Shown here: positions 37,704-47,147 of the stretch, one piece after another
Numbering within the stretch: the stretch's first letter is position 1
How the letters are laid out: every line of letters starts with the position of its first letter
From: a candidate division FCPU426 bacterium
Lineage (GTDB): Bacteria; Oederibacteriota; PGYV01; Palsa-1178
NCBI GenBank assembly: GCA_963840035.1
Contig: CAWIXE010000002.1
Location: 1,024,001 to 1,088,000 of the forward strand
Length of the DNA: 64,000 bases
Reading direction: 5' to 3'
Program-made: the position numbers and the translations under genes
The notes under the pieces: model-generated
What the model was told of the DNA's origin: nothing
Databases searched by the model: none
Seen by the model: only the letters and a program-made list of their open reading frames with translations

Positions 37704-39923
37704 TTAAGCTAGGTAATTAAGGTAGCCGTCGGCGCTGATATAAGGATCATCGCCGATATTTATATCTGAAACCGGCGCCTGTAAAGCGGCGCCTTCCCAT
37801 TCTTTAAAGGGGTTCTTTGCCTGTCCGCCAAGGCCCTGATTCATGCCCTGGTTTGCTGTGGAAATCTCAAAACTGTCAAGTTTTAAGCCTATGCTGTTTA
37901 AAGCCGCTTTAAGCTCCGGAAGGTTAGCTTTTAAAGCGTCCTTTACGTCGTTATTTAAAACCTGTATGTTCGCTTTTAATTTATCATCCTTGTGCTCTAT
38001 GGTAATCATCACCGAACCAAGGTTCTCAGGTTTCAATATCATTTTAATCTCATTGACCCTGACTGCCTGGATTGTATTTTCTATATTGCTTACCACCTGC
38101 TTAAGTATGATCTGTTCCTTTATGTTCATGGCAAAATCAGTTACTTTATCAAAAATAAGCGCCTTAGCCAAAACATCGCCTTTAATATTTGCGGTGTCTT
38201 CTTTTATCGACGGGTTGATGACATTTTCAGTTACCCACTGTATGTCTTTTGACAGGCTCTTGTCAGCCGGACTGTAATTTTTATCGGGTGAAACAGTGAT
38301 GCGCTCGCCCGCGAATTTTACGGCTTCAGGCGCCACAGTGGACGCTGTTTCCCTTACATTGACTGACTGCACTGTTATTTTTGAATTGGAATCCGCGGTT
38401 TTTACATCCGGCGTATTTACGACAACCTGCGCCGCGCCTGTTTCCTTCTGTACTATCACCGTGGTCTCATCTGACTGTACCGGCGTTATCACAGGCGTAA
38501 CAACCGCCTGCGGCTTTACCTGGTTTACTGTTACTGCTGAAACCGGCTGATTGACAACAGGCGCGTTTTTAGCGTCGCCTGAAATTTTTTCCGGCTGGAA
38601 GCCCGCATACTGCGTTTTTTCGGATATTTCGATTTTTCCGTTCATTTCTTTTAAGAGTGTAAATATTTTATTAACAACAGCCGAGAACTCGTCACTAACC
38701 TGAGCCGCTCCTGCCGTGAAATTTTTTGCCTGTCCGTCATCCTGCGTGGCAGACCCGGAGCTGCTTATATTAATTGCGTTTATGATTGCGTTTTTTACAT
38801 CAGCTGACGCATCGCCAGGAAGGCCGTTTATGGCCGCGCCGGCTATCTGCATTTTTTCAACTGACATTATTATGTTATTCATGGAGGTCATTATCAGCTT
38901 TGCGGCCTGATCGAGCTGCTGTTGTGTAACCGGCACCATCGGATCGGCATCAGTTGCTGATTTGAGTTCGTTTATTGTGTTCTTAATCGCGTACATCTGT
39001 TCGTTCGCTTTTTTAGCCTCATCGCTGTTTTTCTCATTGCCGAATATTTCGCTGAAATGCTTCTGCATGATGTTATCAAGCACTCCCTGAAGCGTCGTAA
39101 CCAGCCTCTCGAGCTCATTTACAGCGGACTTAACATCAACCTTCGCGATATCATACTTCGCGCCAAGGGATTCAACGGTTGTTACTCCGTCGGCATCAGC
39201 TGGAATAAACGCGCTGCCTGTTGATACAGGCGCTGAAACAACCGGCGATACTATCTTTGAGACTGTTACCGTTCCAGCCGTTTCCAGAGGCTGTGTATTT
39301 GTGGTTTCGGGCATAACATTCAAAGCAGCAGATGTCTGAGCGTTGTTGGCCGGTACCGCATTATCCGTGGTTGTGTTTGAAATGACGGAAGGCAGGTTTG
39401 ATGCTGCCCCGGATAATGTCTGTGGCTGGATGGTTGTGGAAGAAGAAGCAACCTGGTTTGTTGAAAAACCTAATACGGCTATATTGGATGTGGTTGTATT
39501 ATTTAATGTGCCGTTTAGCGCGGCTTCACTGGCTGATATTTCAACGGCAGTGATCTTTAATCCTTTCAGGAAAAGCTGCCTTTCAGCCGGGTTTAAATTA
39601 TTTTCCTGCATTACATTCGCGACTGTCATGTCTTTTGATATGGCGTCAGTGTCCTGCGCCGCGATGGTCTTTACGCTTCCCATGAGGTAAAGTATTGAAG
39701 CTGCCTGATATAACGCGGCCTTAACTTTTTCATTGGATTCGGTATCGATGGACAGCTGTACTTTTTCATTATTTAATTCTGTGTTCATGAGGTTTGTTAT
39801 GAGTGTTTTGAAATTGGCGTTATCGGGGTTTGGCTGCGCGGCGTTATTTATCGTACTGCCGCCCAACAATGCGGATAGACTAATGGCTTGCGCTAAATTA
39901 GTCGATGCAGTTGAGTTGACCAC
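37704..39923 (-). CDS. fliK: Hook-length control protein FliK (~739 aa)
   Basis: C-terminal LKPENLGSV...LKANLPELKAAL; GGAGG RBS 7 nt before GTG 39923; upstream of flgD. Confidence 0.85.
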   Translation of the reverse strand: MVNSTASTNLAQAISLSALLGGSTINNAAQPNPDNANFKTLITNLMNTELNNEKVQLSIDTESNEKVKAALYQAASILYLMGSVKTIAAQDTDAISKDMTVANVMQENNLNPAERQLFLKGLKITAVEISASEAALNGTLNNTTTSNIAVLGFSTNQVASSSTTIQPQTLSGAASNLPSVISNTTTDNAVPANNAQTSAALNVMPETTNTQPLETAGTVTVSKIVSPVVSAPVSTGSAFIPADADGVTTVESLGAKYDIAKVDVKSAVNELERLVTTLQGVLDNIMQKHFSEIFGNEKNSDEAKKANEQMYAIKNTINELKSATDADPMVPVTQQQLDQAAKLIMTSMNNIIMSVEKMQIAGAAINGLPGDASADVKNAIINAINISSSGSATQDDGQAKNFTAGAAQVSDEFSAVVNKIFTLLKEMNGKIEISEKTQYAGFQPEKISGDAKNAPVVNQPVSAVTVNQVKPQAVVTPVITPVQSDETTVIVQKETGAAQVVVNTPDVKTADSNSKITVQSVNVRETASTVAPEAVKFAGERITVSPDKNYSPADKSLSKDIQWVTENVINPSIKEDTANIKGDVLAKALIFDKVTDFAMNIKEQIILKQVVSNIENTIQAVRVNEIKMILKPENLGSVMITIEHKDDKLKANIQVLNNDVKDALKANLPELKAALNSIGLKLDSFEISTANQGMNQGLGGQAKNPFKEWEGAALQAPVSDINIGDDPYISADGYLNYLA

Positions 39924-40029
39924 AACTATTCCTCCGAACTTCAGGCCCTCCTTGCGGTCCAGGCCTTTAGTTTTATAGCGGGTAATCGACCCGCTTAAAT
40001 CTAAAGAGTACATCTGCTACTTCACGGTA

Positions 40030-40058
40030 AGTATACAAAATCCCGCTTTATTTGTCAA
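40030..40058 (-). promoter_or_regulatory. Sigma-70 promoter TTGACA-N17-TATACT for the fliK-flgD-flgE unit
   Basis: Near-consensus match in the fliJ-fliK gap. Confidence 0.75.
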
Positions 40059-40069
40059 GCACTTCTTTT

Positions 40070-40525
40070 TCAGTAACTTTTCTGCTCTTTCCTGTTGAAC
40101 TTGGACACGGCCGCCTCATCAAGGACCTTTTGCTCGTTATAGATAATCATCCTTTTGAACTCGTCGAACTGCCGCTCTTTTAGTTTCTCAAAGACCTTCT
40201 TTTCCCTGCTTGCTTCAACTACCTCTTCCCTCTTATCATCGGCCTTCTTTTCAAAATCTTTAATGTTTTTTTTAGTTAAATCTATCTGGTGCAATAATAC
40301 CCCTAAATACTGCTCATAATAGATGAGGCTCTGAATATCCACCCCATTTTCCTTGTTATGCGATTTTTCCCCTGAAATATATGACCTTTTTTCCTTTATT
40401 TCCTTTAGCAGCTGCTCCTGCTGGATTTTCAGGGCCTGGAGCCTCATTAATTCATGCTTAAGCTGTTCTTCCCGTTTTTCCTTTACATTTAAGACTGTTT
40501 CCAGCTTAAACCTGAACTTTTTCAT
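40070..40525 (-). CDS. fliJ: FliJ
   Basis: MKKFRFKLETVL...EKLKE...EQKVLDE. Confidence 0.92.
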   Translation of the reverse strand: MKKFRFKLETVLNVKEKREEQLKHELMRLQALKIQQEQLLKEIKEKRSYISGEKSHNKENGVDIQSLIYYEQYLGVLLHQIDLTKKNIKDFEKKADDKREEVVEASREKKVFEKLKERQFDEFKRMIIYNEQKVLDEAAVSKFNRKEQKSY

Positions 40526-41838
40526 TTGGAGATCCTGGTTATGGCTTCAACAGTCTCCTTATACTCAGCCTTCTCATCAATACCCTGTATGAGGAACTTA
40601 CGGACACTGCCTATCTTTTCGACAGCATGGTCAATGGAAGGATTGGAGCCTTTTACATACGCCCCTATATTAATAAGGTCCTCGGCGTTCTTATATGTGG
40701 ATATGATTTCTTTTACTCTATTGGCCGCCTGCTTGTGCTCCGGCGTTGTGATATCTATCATACAGCGGCTTACCGATTCCATCAGGTCAACAGGCGGGTA
40801 TTGGTTCTGAGCGGCAAGCGCCCTGGATAATACCACATGTCCGTCTAAAATCGCGCGTACTGCGTCTGATATGGGTTCATTCATGTCGTCAGCCTCAACA
40901 AGCACCGTATAAAGGCCGGTAATAGCACCCTCGCCCGGCGTTGTTCCGGCCCGTTCAAGGAGTTTTGGAAGTAGCCCGAACACAGATGGCGTATAACCTT
41001 TTGTGGTAGGCGGTTCGCCGATTGCAAGTCCGATTTCCCTTTGAGCCATGGCAAACCTTGTAACCGAATCCATCATGAGCATTACGTTGTGCCCGTTATC
41101 CCTGAAATATTCCGCGATTGAAGTGGCGACAAAAGCGCCCATCCTTCGTATAAGCGCCGGCTGGTCAGATGTCGCCGCAATAACCACGGACCTTTTCAAA
41201 CCTTCTTTTTTCAGGTCCTTTTCTATGAAGTCCCTGACTTCACGTCCCCTCTCTCCTATAAGAGCGATTACGTTTATGTCAGCGCTTGTATTCCTGGCTA
41301 TCATGCCCATCATGGTGGATTTACCCACGCCTGAACCGGCGAAGATACCCATCCTCTGTCCCTTGCCTATGGTTAAAGCCCCGTCTATGGAACGTATGCC
41401 GGTGGCAACAGGTTCCTCGACTTTTTTCCTGCTTAAGGGGTCTGACGGGTTATTATAAACCGAAACAAAATTTTTAACTTTTAGCGGCCCTTTATCGTCA
41501 AGGGGCCTTCCGAGCCCGTCAATTACCCTGCCAAGCAGTCCGTCGCCGACAGGAACTTTAAATTCTTTTCCGGTTGCCATGACTTTTGACCCGGGCCCTA
41601 TGCCGCGCAAATCGCCTAAAGGCATAAGGAGCGCTTTGCCTTCCTTGAAGCCGACTATTTCAGCGTCAATGGAAACTTCCTCGTTGCGGGATATTATTTT
41701 GCAGACTTCACCGATGGATGATTTTAAACCGGCTGCTTCAAGGACAAGCCCGACTATCTGGGTGACTTTGCCGCTTGTTTTTAAAGTCTCCATTTTACGG
41801 AGCTTTTCGTGGTATTTGGAAAGGTTGATTACGGTCAT
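40522..41838 (-). CDS. fliI: Export ATPase FliI
   Basis: GIFAGSGVGKS, IGERGREV, DSVTRFAMAQREIGL. Confidence 0.97.
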   Translation of the reverse strand: MTVINLSKYHEKLRKMETLKTSGKVTQIVGLVLEAAGLKSSIGEVCKIISRNEEVSIDAEIVGFKEGKALLMPLGDLRGIGPGSKVMATGKEFKVPVGDGLLGRVIDGLGRPLDDKGPLKVKNFVSVYNNPSDPLSRKKVEEPVATGIRSIDGALTIGKGQRMGIFAGSGVGKSTMMGMIARNTSADINVIALIGERGREVRDFIEKDLKKEGLKRSVVIAATSDQPALIRRMGAFVATSIAEYFRDNGHNVMLMMDSVTRFAMAQREIGLAIGEPPTTKGYTPSVFGLLPKLLERAGTTPGEGAITGLYTVLVEADDMNEPISDAVRAILDGHVVLSRALAAQNQYPPVDLMESVSRCMIDITTPEHKQAANRVKEIISTYKNAEDLINIGAYVKGSNPSIDHAVEKIGSVRKFLIQGIDEKAEYKETVEAITRISK

Positions 41839-41843
41839 GGCTT

Positions 41844-42689
41844 TTATTCCGCCGAGTGAAGTTTGTTTTTGATCTCGCTGAACTGGAAATTAATATCAGT
41901 GTCCACTATCTCGCTGTCTGACTCAAGACGGCACTCGCCGCGGTCTAAAATATCATCCGGGAGTATATGAAGCGCGTCATTTAAATCGATAAGCTTTTTG
42001 AAATCTTCCCTGTGTGATTTTATGAGTTCGATATCCTCGGGGTTCGCGTAAAGGGTTATTTTTTCCTTGTTTTCAAGCATTTTGATGGCTTCTTTTACAA
42101 AGTTTACCACTATCTCCCTGTTAGATGTAAGCTCCTGTCCGACTACTTTTTTAGCCACATCAACTGAGAGGTTTATCATGTCGTCTTCCGCGCTTTTTAC
42201 TATCTTGTGCTTTTCAGTAAGCGCTGTCCCCGCAATCGACTGAAGTGTCGCTATCACCGCGGAATACTTCTGGTCCGTTTCCGCTTTAGATTTTTCAAGG
42301 CCTTCATAGTATCCTTTTTCAAATCCGGAATCAAAACCTTCTTTCTGCTTTAAGGCTTTTAATTCCTCCGCCTGAGTGTGCGCTTCATCAAGACGCTGTT
42401 TTATTTCAAGCTCCGTGCGCAGTTTTAAGTCCTCGTTTGACTGCTCGAGCTGGAGCAGCTCGTCGCGTTTTGAGGCGATGGCTGCCTCAATGGTTTTCAA
42501 TTCCTCGCTTAACGCGGCGAGTTTTACCTCAGGCGGAACGTCCTTCGGCTTTTCCTGTTTTTCCTTGCCGAGCTTGTCCGCCTTTGACAAAAAAGAACCC
42601 CGTAGCTTATACGGGGTCTCTTTTATGCTATATTCACCTGGTGTATACAGGTTTTTAAACAAATATTTCCTCCTCGCCGCCGCGGGCAA
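41844..42689 (-). CDS. fliH: FliH
   Basis: GxxxG repeats EGFDSGFEKGYYEG; NPED; position between fliG and fliI. Confidence 0.9.
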   Translation of the reverse strand: MPAAARRKYLFKNLYTPGEYSIKETPYKLRGSFLSKADKLGKEKQEKPKDVPPEVKLAALSEELKTIEAAIASKRDELLQLEQSNEDLKLRTELEIKQRLDEAHTQAEELKALKQKEGFDSGFEKGYYEGLEKSKAETDQKYSAVIATLQSIAGTALTEKHKIVKSAEDDMINLSVDVAKKVVGQELTSNREIVVNFVKEAIKMLENKEKITLYANPEDIELIKSHREDFKKLIDLNDALHILPDDILDRGECRLESDSEIVDTDINFQFSEIKNKLHSAE

Positions 42690-43653
42690 CGACTATCTCG
42701 CCCATCTCTTCCAGCTGGCGTATCACGTTTACTATCTTCTGCTGCGCTTCTTCCGTGGTCTTTAAACGTACCGGACCCATTACTTCCATGTCTTCAAGTA
42801 TCATCTGGCGGGCGCGGCTTGACATATTCTTTAGTACCTTATTTTTACACTCTTCGGAGGCGCCTTTTAACGCAAGCACAAGGTCCTTTGAGTCAATTTC
42901 CCTTAATATCTGCTGTATGGTCCTGTCATCTAAAAGCAGGATATCGTCGAATACGAACATAAGCCTTTTTATCTCGTCTGCTAAGTCCGGGTTGCTCTCT
43001 TCAAGTTTCTCCATGATTGCCTTTTCAGTCGACCTGTCAACGCGGTTTAATATTTCAGCCACGTTTCTTACGCCGCCGGCTGAGGCGAATTCCTGCGTGA
43101 ATACCGAGGCTATCCTTCTCTCAAGGACTTTTTCAACTTCCATGATTACTTCCGGCGTTGCCCTATCCATGGTCGCTATCCTGGTTGCAACATCCACCTG
43201 TACTTCAGGCCCGAGCGAAGATATGATAGTGGAAGACTGTTCCGGTGAAAGATGCGCTAAAACAAGAGCTATAGTCTGCGGATGTTCGTTCTGTATAAAG
43301 TTCAGTATCTGCTGCGGGTCTGTCTTTTTAATGAAATCAAAAGGCGTCATCTGCAGCGCGCCCTGGAGCCTGTTTAAGATCTCAACTGCTTTTTGTTCAC
43401 CAAGGGCTTTTTCAAGAAGCTCCCTGGCGTAATCAATACCGCCCTGTGATATGTATTCCTCGGCGAGCGCGAGCTGGTATGACTCTTCCAGTACGGCGTC
43501 CCTGTCCTGCGGCTGGACCCTCTTCGTGTTAGCTATCTGAAGCGTTATCTGCTCGACTATCTCGTCGCTTAAGTTCCTGAATACCTCAGACGAAAGATCC
43601 GGTCCGAGTGTTATAAGCAGTACTGCCGCTTTCTGTTCTCCGGTCAGTGCCAT
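42655..43653 (-). CDS. fliG: Motor switch FliG
   Basis: KAAVLL, EHPQTIA, MFVFDD, NMSSRA. Confidence 0.97.
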   Translation of the reverse strand: MALTGEQKAAVLLITLGPDLSSEVFRNLSDEIVEQITLQIANTKRVQPQDRDAVLEESYQLALAEEYISQGGIDYARELLEKALGEQKAVEILNRLQGALQMTPFDFIKKTDPQQILNFIQNEHPQTIALVLAHLSPEQSSTIISSLGPEVQVDVATRIATMDRATPEVIMEVEKVLERRIASVFTQEFASAGGVRNVAEILNRVDRSTEKAIMEKLEESNPDLADEIKRLMFVFDDILLLDDRTIQQILREIDSKDLVLALKGASEECKNKVLKNMSSRARQMILEDMEVMGPVRLKTTEEAQQKIVNVIRQLEEMGEIVVARGGEEEIFV

Positions 43654-43657
43654 ACCC

Positions 43658-45271
43658 TCACCTCTTCTCTTCCGATAACCAGCGCTTTATCAACTGGACT
43701 ATTATCTTTGGGTTTTCCCTTGCGATCTTTGTTATCTGTCTCTTCATCTCGGCGCGTTTTTGCGCTTCCGCGAGTTCCGCGGCTGACGGTACTGCCTCAA
43801 GCGGCACTTCGACTTCTTCCTCTGCCTTGGCTGTCGCTGAAGCAAGCTCGATCTGGCGGCGCAGCTTCTCTCTGATAGCTTTCGGCTTTAAAGTGGACCT
43901 TAAGAAGAACAAGGCGAAGAATAATATGCCTATTATTATCCCCAGGCTCATTATGGTGGTCATGTATTTCTCACGCGCGATTGACTGGTTCTTGAAGATC
44001 TCGGCCTTTTCAACCGACCTGTCAAACGACACGTTCTCAACGGCGACCTGGTCGCCCCTTGCAATGTCAAGTCCGGCTGCCGCGATAACGGCATTTTTAA
44101 CGGATGTGACCTGCTGCGGCTGGAGGTTATCCACTATGACCGCGACTGAAAGCCTTTTTACGCCTCCGACAGTCTCGACCACGTGTGATTCCCTTTTTGT
44201 TATCTCAAAATTTTCTGTAACATCTGATTTTGTGTACTGTGAATTTCCGCTGACAACTGATTTGTATCCGGGTATGTTTGAATCAGTGCCCGGAACTCCG
44301 CCGGGATAAACTCCGACTCCTGTATAGCTCTCGAGGTTCTTTTTGGAGCTCCTTAATACGCCTTTGCCGCCGACTATCGGCTCGTATACTTCGTCTTTTT
44401 TCTCGACCTGGTCAAAATTAAGCTCGGCAGTAACGCGTACCGAAGCCCTGGTCTCGCCTAAAACCTGGGATAGCATGGACTCAACGCGTTTCTGAATATC
44501 GCGCTCGTAGTCCTTCTGAATTTTTATCTGCTGATTTGTCATCTTGAGCTGCTTTGAATATGAATAAGCGGTTCCGGTCGTTTCTTCCATGAGCTCGTCG
44601 CGGACTGTATCGCTTAACACTTCGCCTTTTGTATCAACAACAGTTATATTAACCGGCGTTAATCCTTCCACGCTGCTTGATACAAGGTGGATGATCGACT
44701 TTATCTGGTCATATGTAAGCTTTGTATCGTATTTTAATTTTATAAGCACTGACGCGGTCGGTTCTTTCTGTCTTTCCTCATACAGTTCTTTCTTTGGAAG
44801 CACCAGGTGGACCCGCGCTTCCTGAATGACATCAATATTGGAAATAGTCCTTGAAAGTTCGCCTTCAAGCGCCCTTACATAATTAATTCTCTGCGTAAAA
44901 TCCGTGACGCCTAAATTTGTCTTGTCAAATATTTCAAACCCTACGCCGCCGCCTTTCGGAAGGCCCTGGTTTGCCAGCTCAAGCCTGGTATCATAAAGAA
45001 ACTTGGAAGGCACGAGTATGGTTTTACCGCTATTTTCATATTTATAAGGCACTTTCTTATCTTTCAACTGATTAATGATCGCGCCGGCGTCATCCTGGTT
45101 TAGATTTGTAAATAAAGGCATGTAGCTCGGCTGCGTCGTCCACATGGCAAGAACGACAACCAGTACAATTACCGCGGCCGGTATGGATACCCACATTATA
45201 CGCTGTGTGGTGTTAAGGCCCTGCCACCACGCTTTTGCCCTTTCCCACGTCCTCAGTAGAAATTCGTTCAC
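43658..45271 (-). CDS. fliF: MS-ring FliF
   Basis: GFEIFD, RALEGELSRTI, ARVHL, RLSVAV; two TM segments. Confidence 0.96.
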   Translation of the reverse strand: MNEFLLRTWERAKAWWQGLNTTQRIMWVSIPAAVIVLVVVLAMWTTQPSYMPLFTNLNQDDAGAIINQLKDKKVPYKYENSGKTILVPSKFLYDTRLELANQGLPKGGGVGFEIFDKTNLGVTDFTQRINYVRALEGELSRTISNIDVIQEARVHLVLPKKELYEERQKEPTASVLIKLKYDTKLTYDQIKSIIHLVSSSVEGLTPVNITVVDTKGEVLSDTVRDELMEETTGTAYSYSKQLKMTNQQIKIQKDYERDIQKRVESMLSQVLGETRASVRVTAELNFDQVEKKDEVYEPIVGGKGVLRSSKKNLESYTGVGVYPGGVPGTDSNIPGYKSVVSGNSQYTKSDVTENFEITKRESHVVETVGGVKRLSVAVIVDNLQPQQVTSVKNAVIAAAGLDIARGDQVAVENVSFDRSVEKAEIFKNQSIAREKYMTTIMSLGIIIGILFFALFFLRSTLKPKAIREKLRRQIELASATAKAEEEVEVPLEAVPSAAELAEAQKRAEMKRQITKIARENPKIIVQLIKRWLSEEKR

Positions 45272-45307
45272 ACTTGCACCTCGTTCATTAGTTTGGGTTA
45301 AAGTTCT

Positions 45308-45378
45308 ATTTACAATTTACGATTTACTATCTGCAATTTTAGCTTTAATTGTAAATCGTAAATTGTAAATTTTAAATC
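45308..45378. repeat. Inverted heptamer arrays (atttacN / Ngtaaat)
   Basis: atttaca atttacg atttact atctgca ... tgtaaat cgtaaat tgtaaat tttaaat. Confidence 0.7.
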
Positions 45379-45381
45379 ATT

Positions 45382-45711
45382 TTAAATCTGCATCCTCATA
45401 ATTTCCGAATAAGCGTCCGTCACCTTGTTTTTAACCGCCAGCGCGAGCTGCACTGTAAGTGACGCTTTCTGCGCGGCTAACATAACGCTGTGGAGTTCCA
45501 CGTTCTGCCCTGCGGCGAGTTTCGCAGCGAGGTCGTCAGCGTTTATCTGAGAATCACTTACCGATTTGATTGCGGTATTTAAAAGTTCCTTAAAGTCCAC
45601 CCTGTCAGGCTGTACTTCCTGAACCGGTGACACATTGTTAAGTACTGTCTGGGGTACGCCTATTGAACTCTGTATGGCTTCTATGGCACCAAGTGAAAAG
45701 CTACCTGACAT
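45382..45711 (-). CDS. fliE: FliE
   Basis: LHSVMLAAQKA...KNKVTDAYSEIMRMQI. Confidence 0.94.
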   Translation of the reverse strand: MSGSFSLGAIEAIQSSIGVPQTVLNNVSPVQEVQPDRVDFKELLNTAIKSVSDSQINADDLAAKLAAGQNVELHSVMLAAQKASLTVQLALAVKNKVTDAYSEIMRMQI

Positions 45712-45768
45712 AATGAGCTCCTTTTATAAATTCTTTTTTCAACATCAAGCCGCATACAGCGGCATTTC

Positions 45769-46215
45769 TTACTTGCCTATATCAAGGGCCTTAACGGCCA
45801 TTGTTTTCGCGGAATTAATAGCTGTTACGTTTGCTTCGTACGCCCTTGTAGCTGAAATCATGTCCACCATTTCCTTAACGATGTTTACGTTAGGCATGGC
45901 GACATATCCTTCCTTATTCGCGTCCGGGTGTCCCGGATCATACATAAGCCTGGGAGGCGTTCCGTCCGGCATAATCGACGTGACTTTAACGCCTTCAAAC
46001 TGGTTAACTTTCTGCTTGTCAAATATATGGGGAAAAAGGAACCTGAGCTGCTCGCCGCGCGGTTCAAATACCACGCGCTGGCGCTGATATGGCCCGCCGT
46101 CCTCTGTCCTGGTGGTGTTTACATTCGCGATATTGTTCGAGATCACGTCCATCCTTAAACGTTCGGCCGTGAGCCCTGACGCGCTTATGGCAAAAGCATT
46201 AAATAATCCGCTCAT
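45769..46215 (-). CDS. flgC: Rod protein FlgC
   Basis: SASGLTAERLRMDVISNNIAN, YDPGHPDA, RAYEAN. Confidence 0.97.
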   Translation of the reverse strand: MSGLFNAFAISASGLTAERLRMDVISNNIANVNTTRTEDGGPYQRQRVVFEPRGEQLRFLFPHIFDKQKVNQFEGVKVTSIMPDGTPPRLMYDPGHPDANKEGYVAMPNVNIVKEMVDMISATRAYEANVTAINSAKTMAVKALDIGK

Positions 46216-46218
46216 CTA

Positions 46219-46647
46219 TTAACGCCTCCCGTCAGTTATTACAGTCTGAAGCAGTCCGAGTTTACCCGATGTCAGCTGGGCAAGCGAGGAATAATACGCG
46301 GTGTTTTCCGCGAGCTGCGCCATTTCATTATCGATGTCCACATTATTGCCGTCATTGCGCAGCGACGTCTCGGTATTCGCGACGATCTCCGGCTGAAGTG
46401 TTTCCAGGTTAAGTTCCCTGACTATAGGAATATGATTTGTGTGAGTAATCATAAGAGGAAGATATGTTTTATCCTTGCCGCTGATGATTTCGTCAAGCTT
46501 GCTTTTAAAGACGACTTCTGAGCGCTTGTAGCCCGGCGTATCCACGTTAGCAATATTATTGCTTATCATCTGCTGCTGCAGCGCGGACGCATTTAAAGAC
46601 TTTTCAAGGACCTGATATATCTCACTCGAAAGTATGCCGTCAAGCAT
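46219..46647 (-). CDS. flgB: Rod protein FlgB
   Basis: NNIANVDTPGYK, DGNNVDID. Confidence 0.96.
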   Translation of the reverse strand: MLDGILSSEIYQVLEKSLNASALQQQMISNNIANVDTPGYKRSEVVFKSKLDEIISGKDKTYLPLMITHTNHIPIVRELNLETLQPEIVANTETSLRNDGNNVDIDNEMAQLAENTAYYSSLAQLTSGKLGLLQTVITDGRR

Positions 46648-46708
46648 AAATAGGTATCCCTCTCTATAATTTTATATAAAAATAATACATTTCCTAATAA
46701 GTGAATAT

Positions 46709-46737
46709 ATAATACTTAATTTTATTTTTTTTGTCAA
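46709..46737 (-). promoter_or_regulatory. Sigma-70 promoter TTGACA-N17-TATTAT for the flgB operon
   Basis: Near-consensus match in the AT-rich gap. Confidence 0.65.
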
Positions 46738-46790
46738 CAATATTTTTGGTTTTATTTCCATGAAACAACGTTCTATTTTCGTAAAACGGG

Positions 46791-47147
46791 CTATTTTATA
46801 TATTTATACGTTTTATATGCCTCTGCGTGCCTTCCGGAGGCCGAATCTATGCGCAAAGTTATCAATAATTCGTTCTCTTTTTCAAGCTTTATTAGATCAA
46901 CAAGTAATGAATTTATGTTTTTGATAATATCTTTTACATCTTCCTGAGAGCCGGCCGCCGTTTTTTTCAGTTCCGCGTCAGCTGACTCCAGGCTTTTTAA
47001 AAGCCCCTTTTTTTCCTCATCCACTGAATATATTTTTTCGTAGTTATCTGACTTTATTGCCCCGTTGAGTTCCAGCGTCTTTACAAGGAGCCTGTTTACA
47101 AGGTCCTTTTTTTGTTCCAGGGCCGCCCTGTAATCGGCAGCACCCAT
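46791..47147 (-). CDS. Helical hypothetical protein, FlgN/FliT-like export chaperone candidate
   Basis: 118 aa coiled-coil pattern; next to flgB. Confidence 0.5.
   Translation of the reverse strand: MGAADYRAALEQKKDLVNRLLVKTLELNGAIKSDNYEKIYSVDEEKKGLLKSLESADAELKKTAAGSQEDVKDIIKNINSLLVDLIKLEKENELLITLRIDSASGRHAEAYKTYKYIK

Noticed and set aside
39924..40013. N-terminal extension of FliK from ATG 40013
   Set aside because: A strong GGAGG RBS precedes GTG 39923, and the upstream stretch forms leader hairpins just after the promoter
24084..45271. Non-flagellar type III injectisome
   Set aside because: flgB, flgC, flgD, flgE, motAB, fliM and fliA show the system is flagellar
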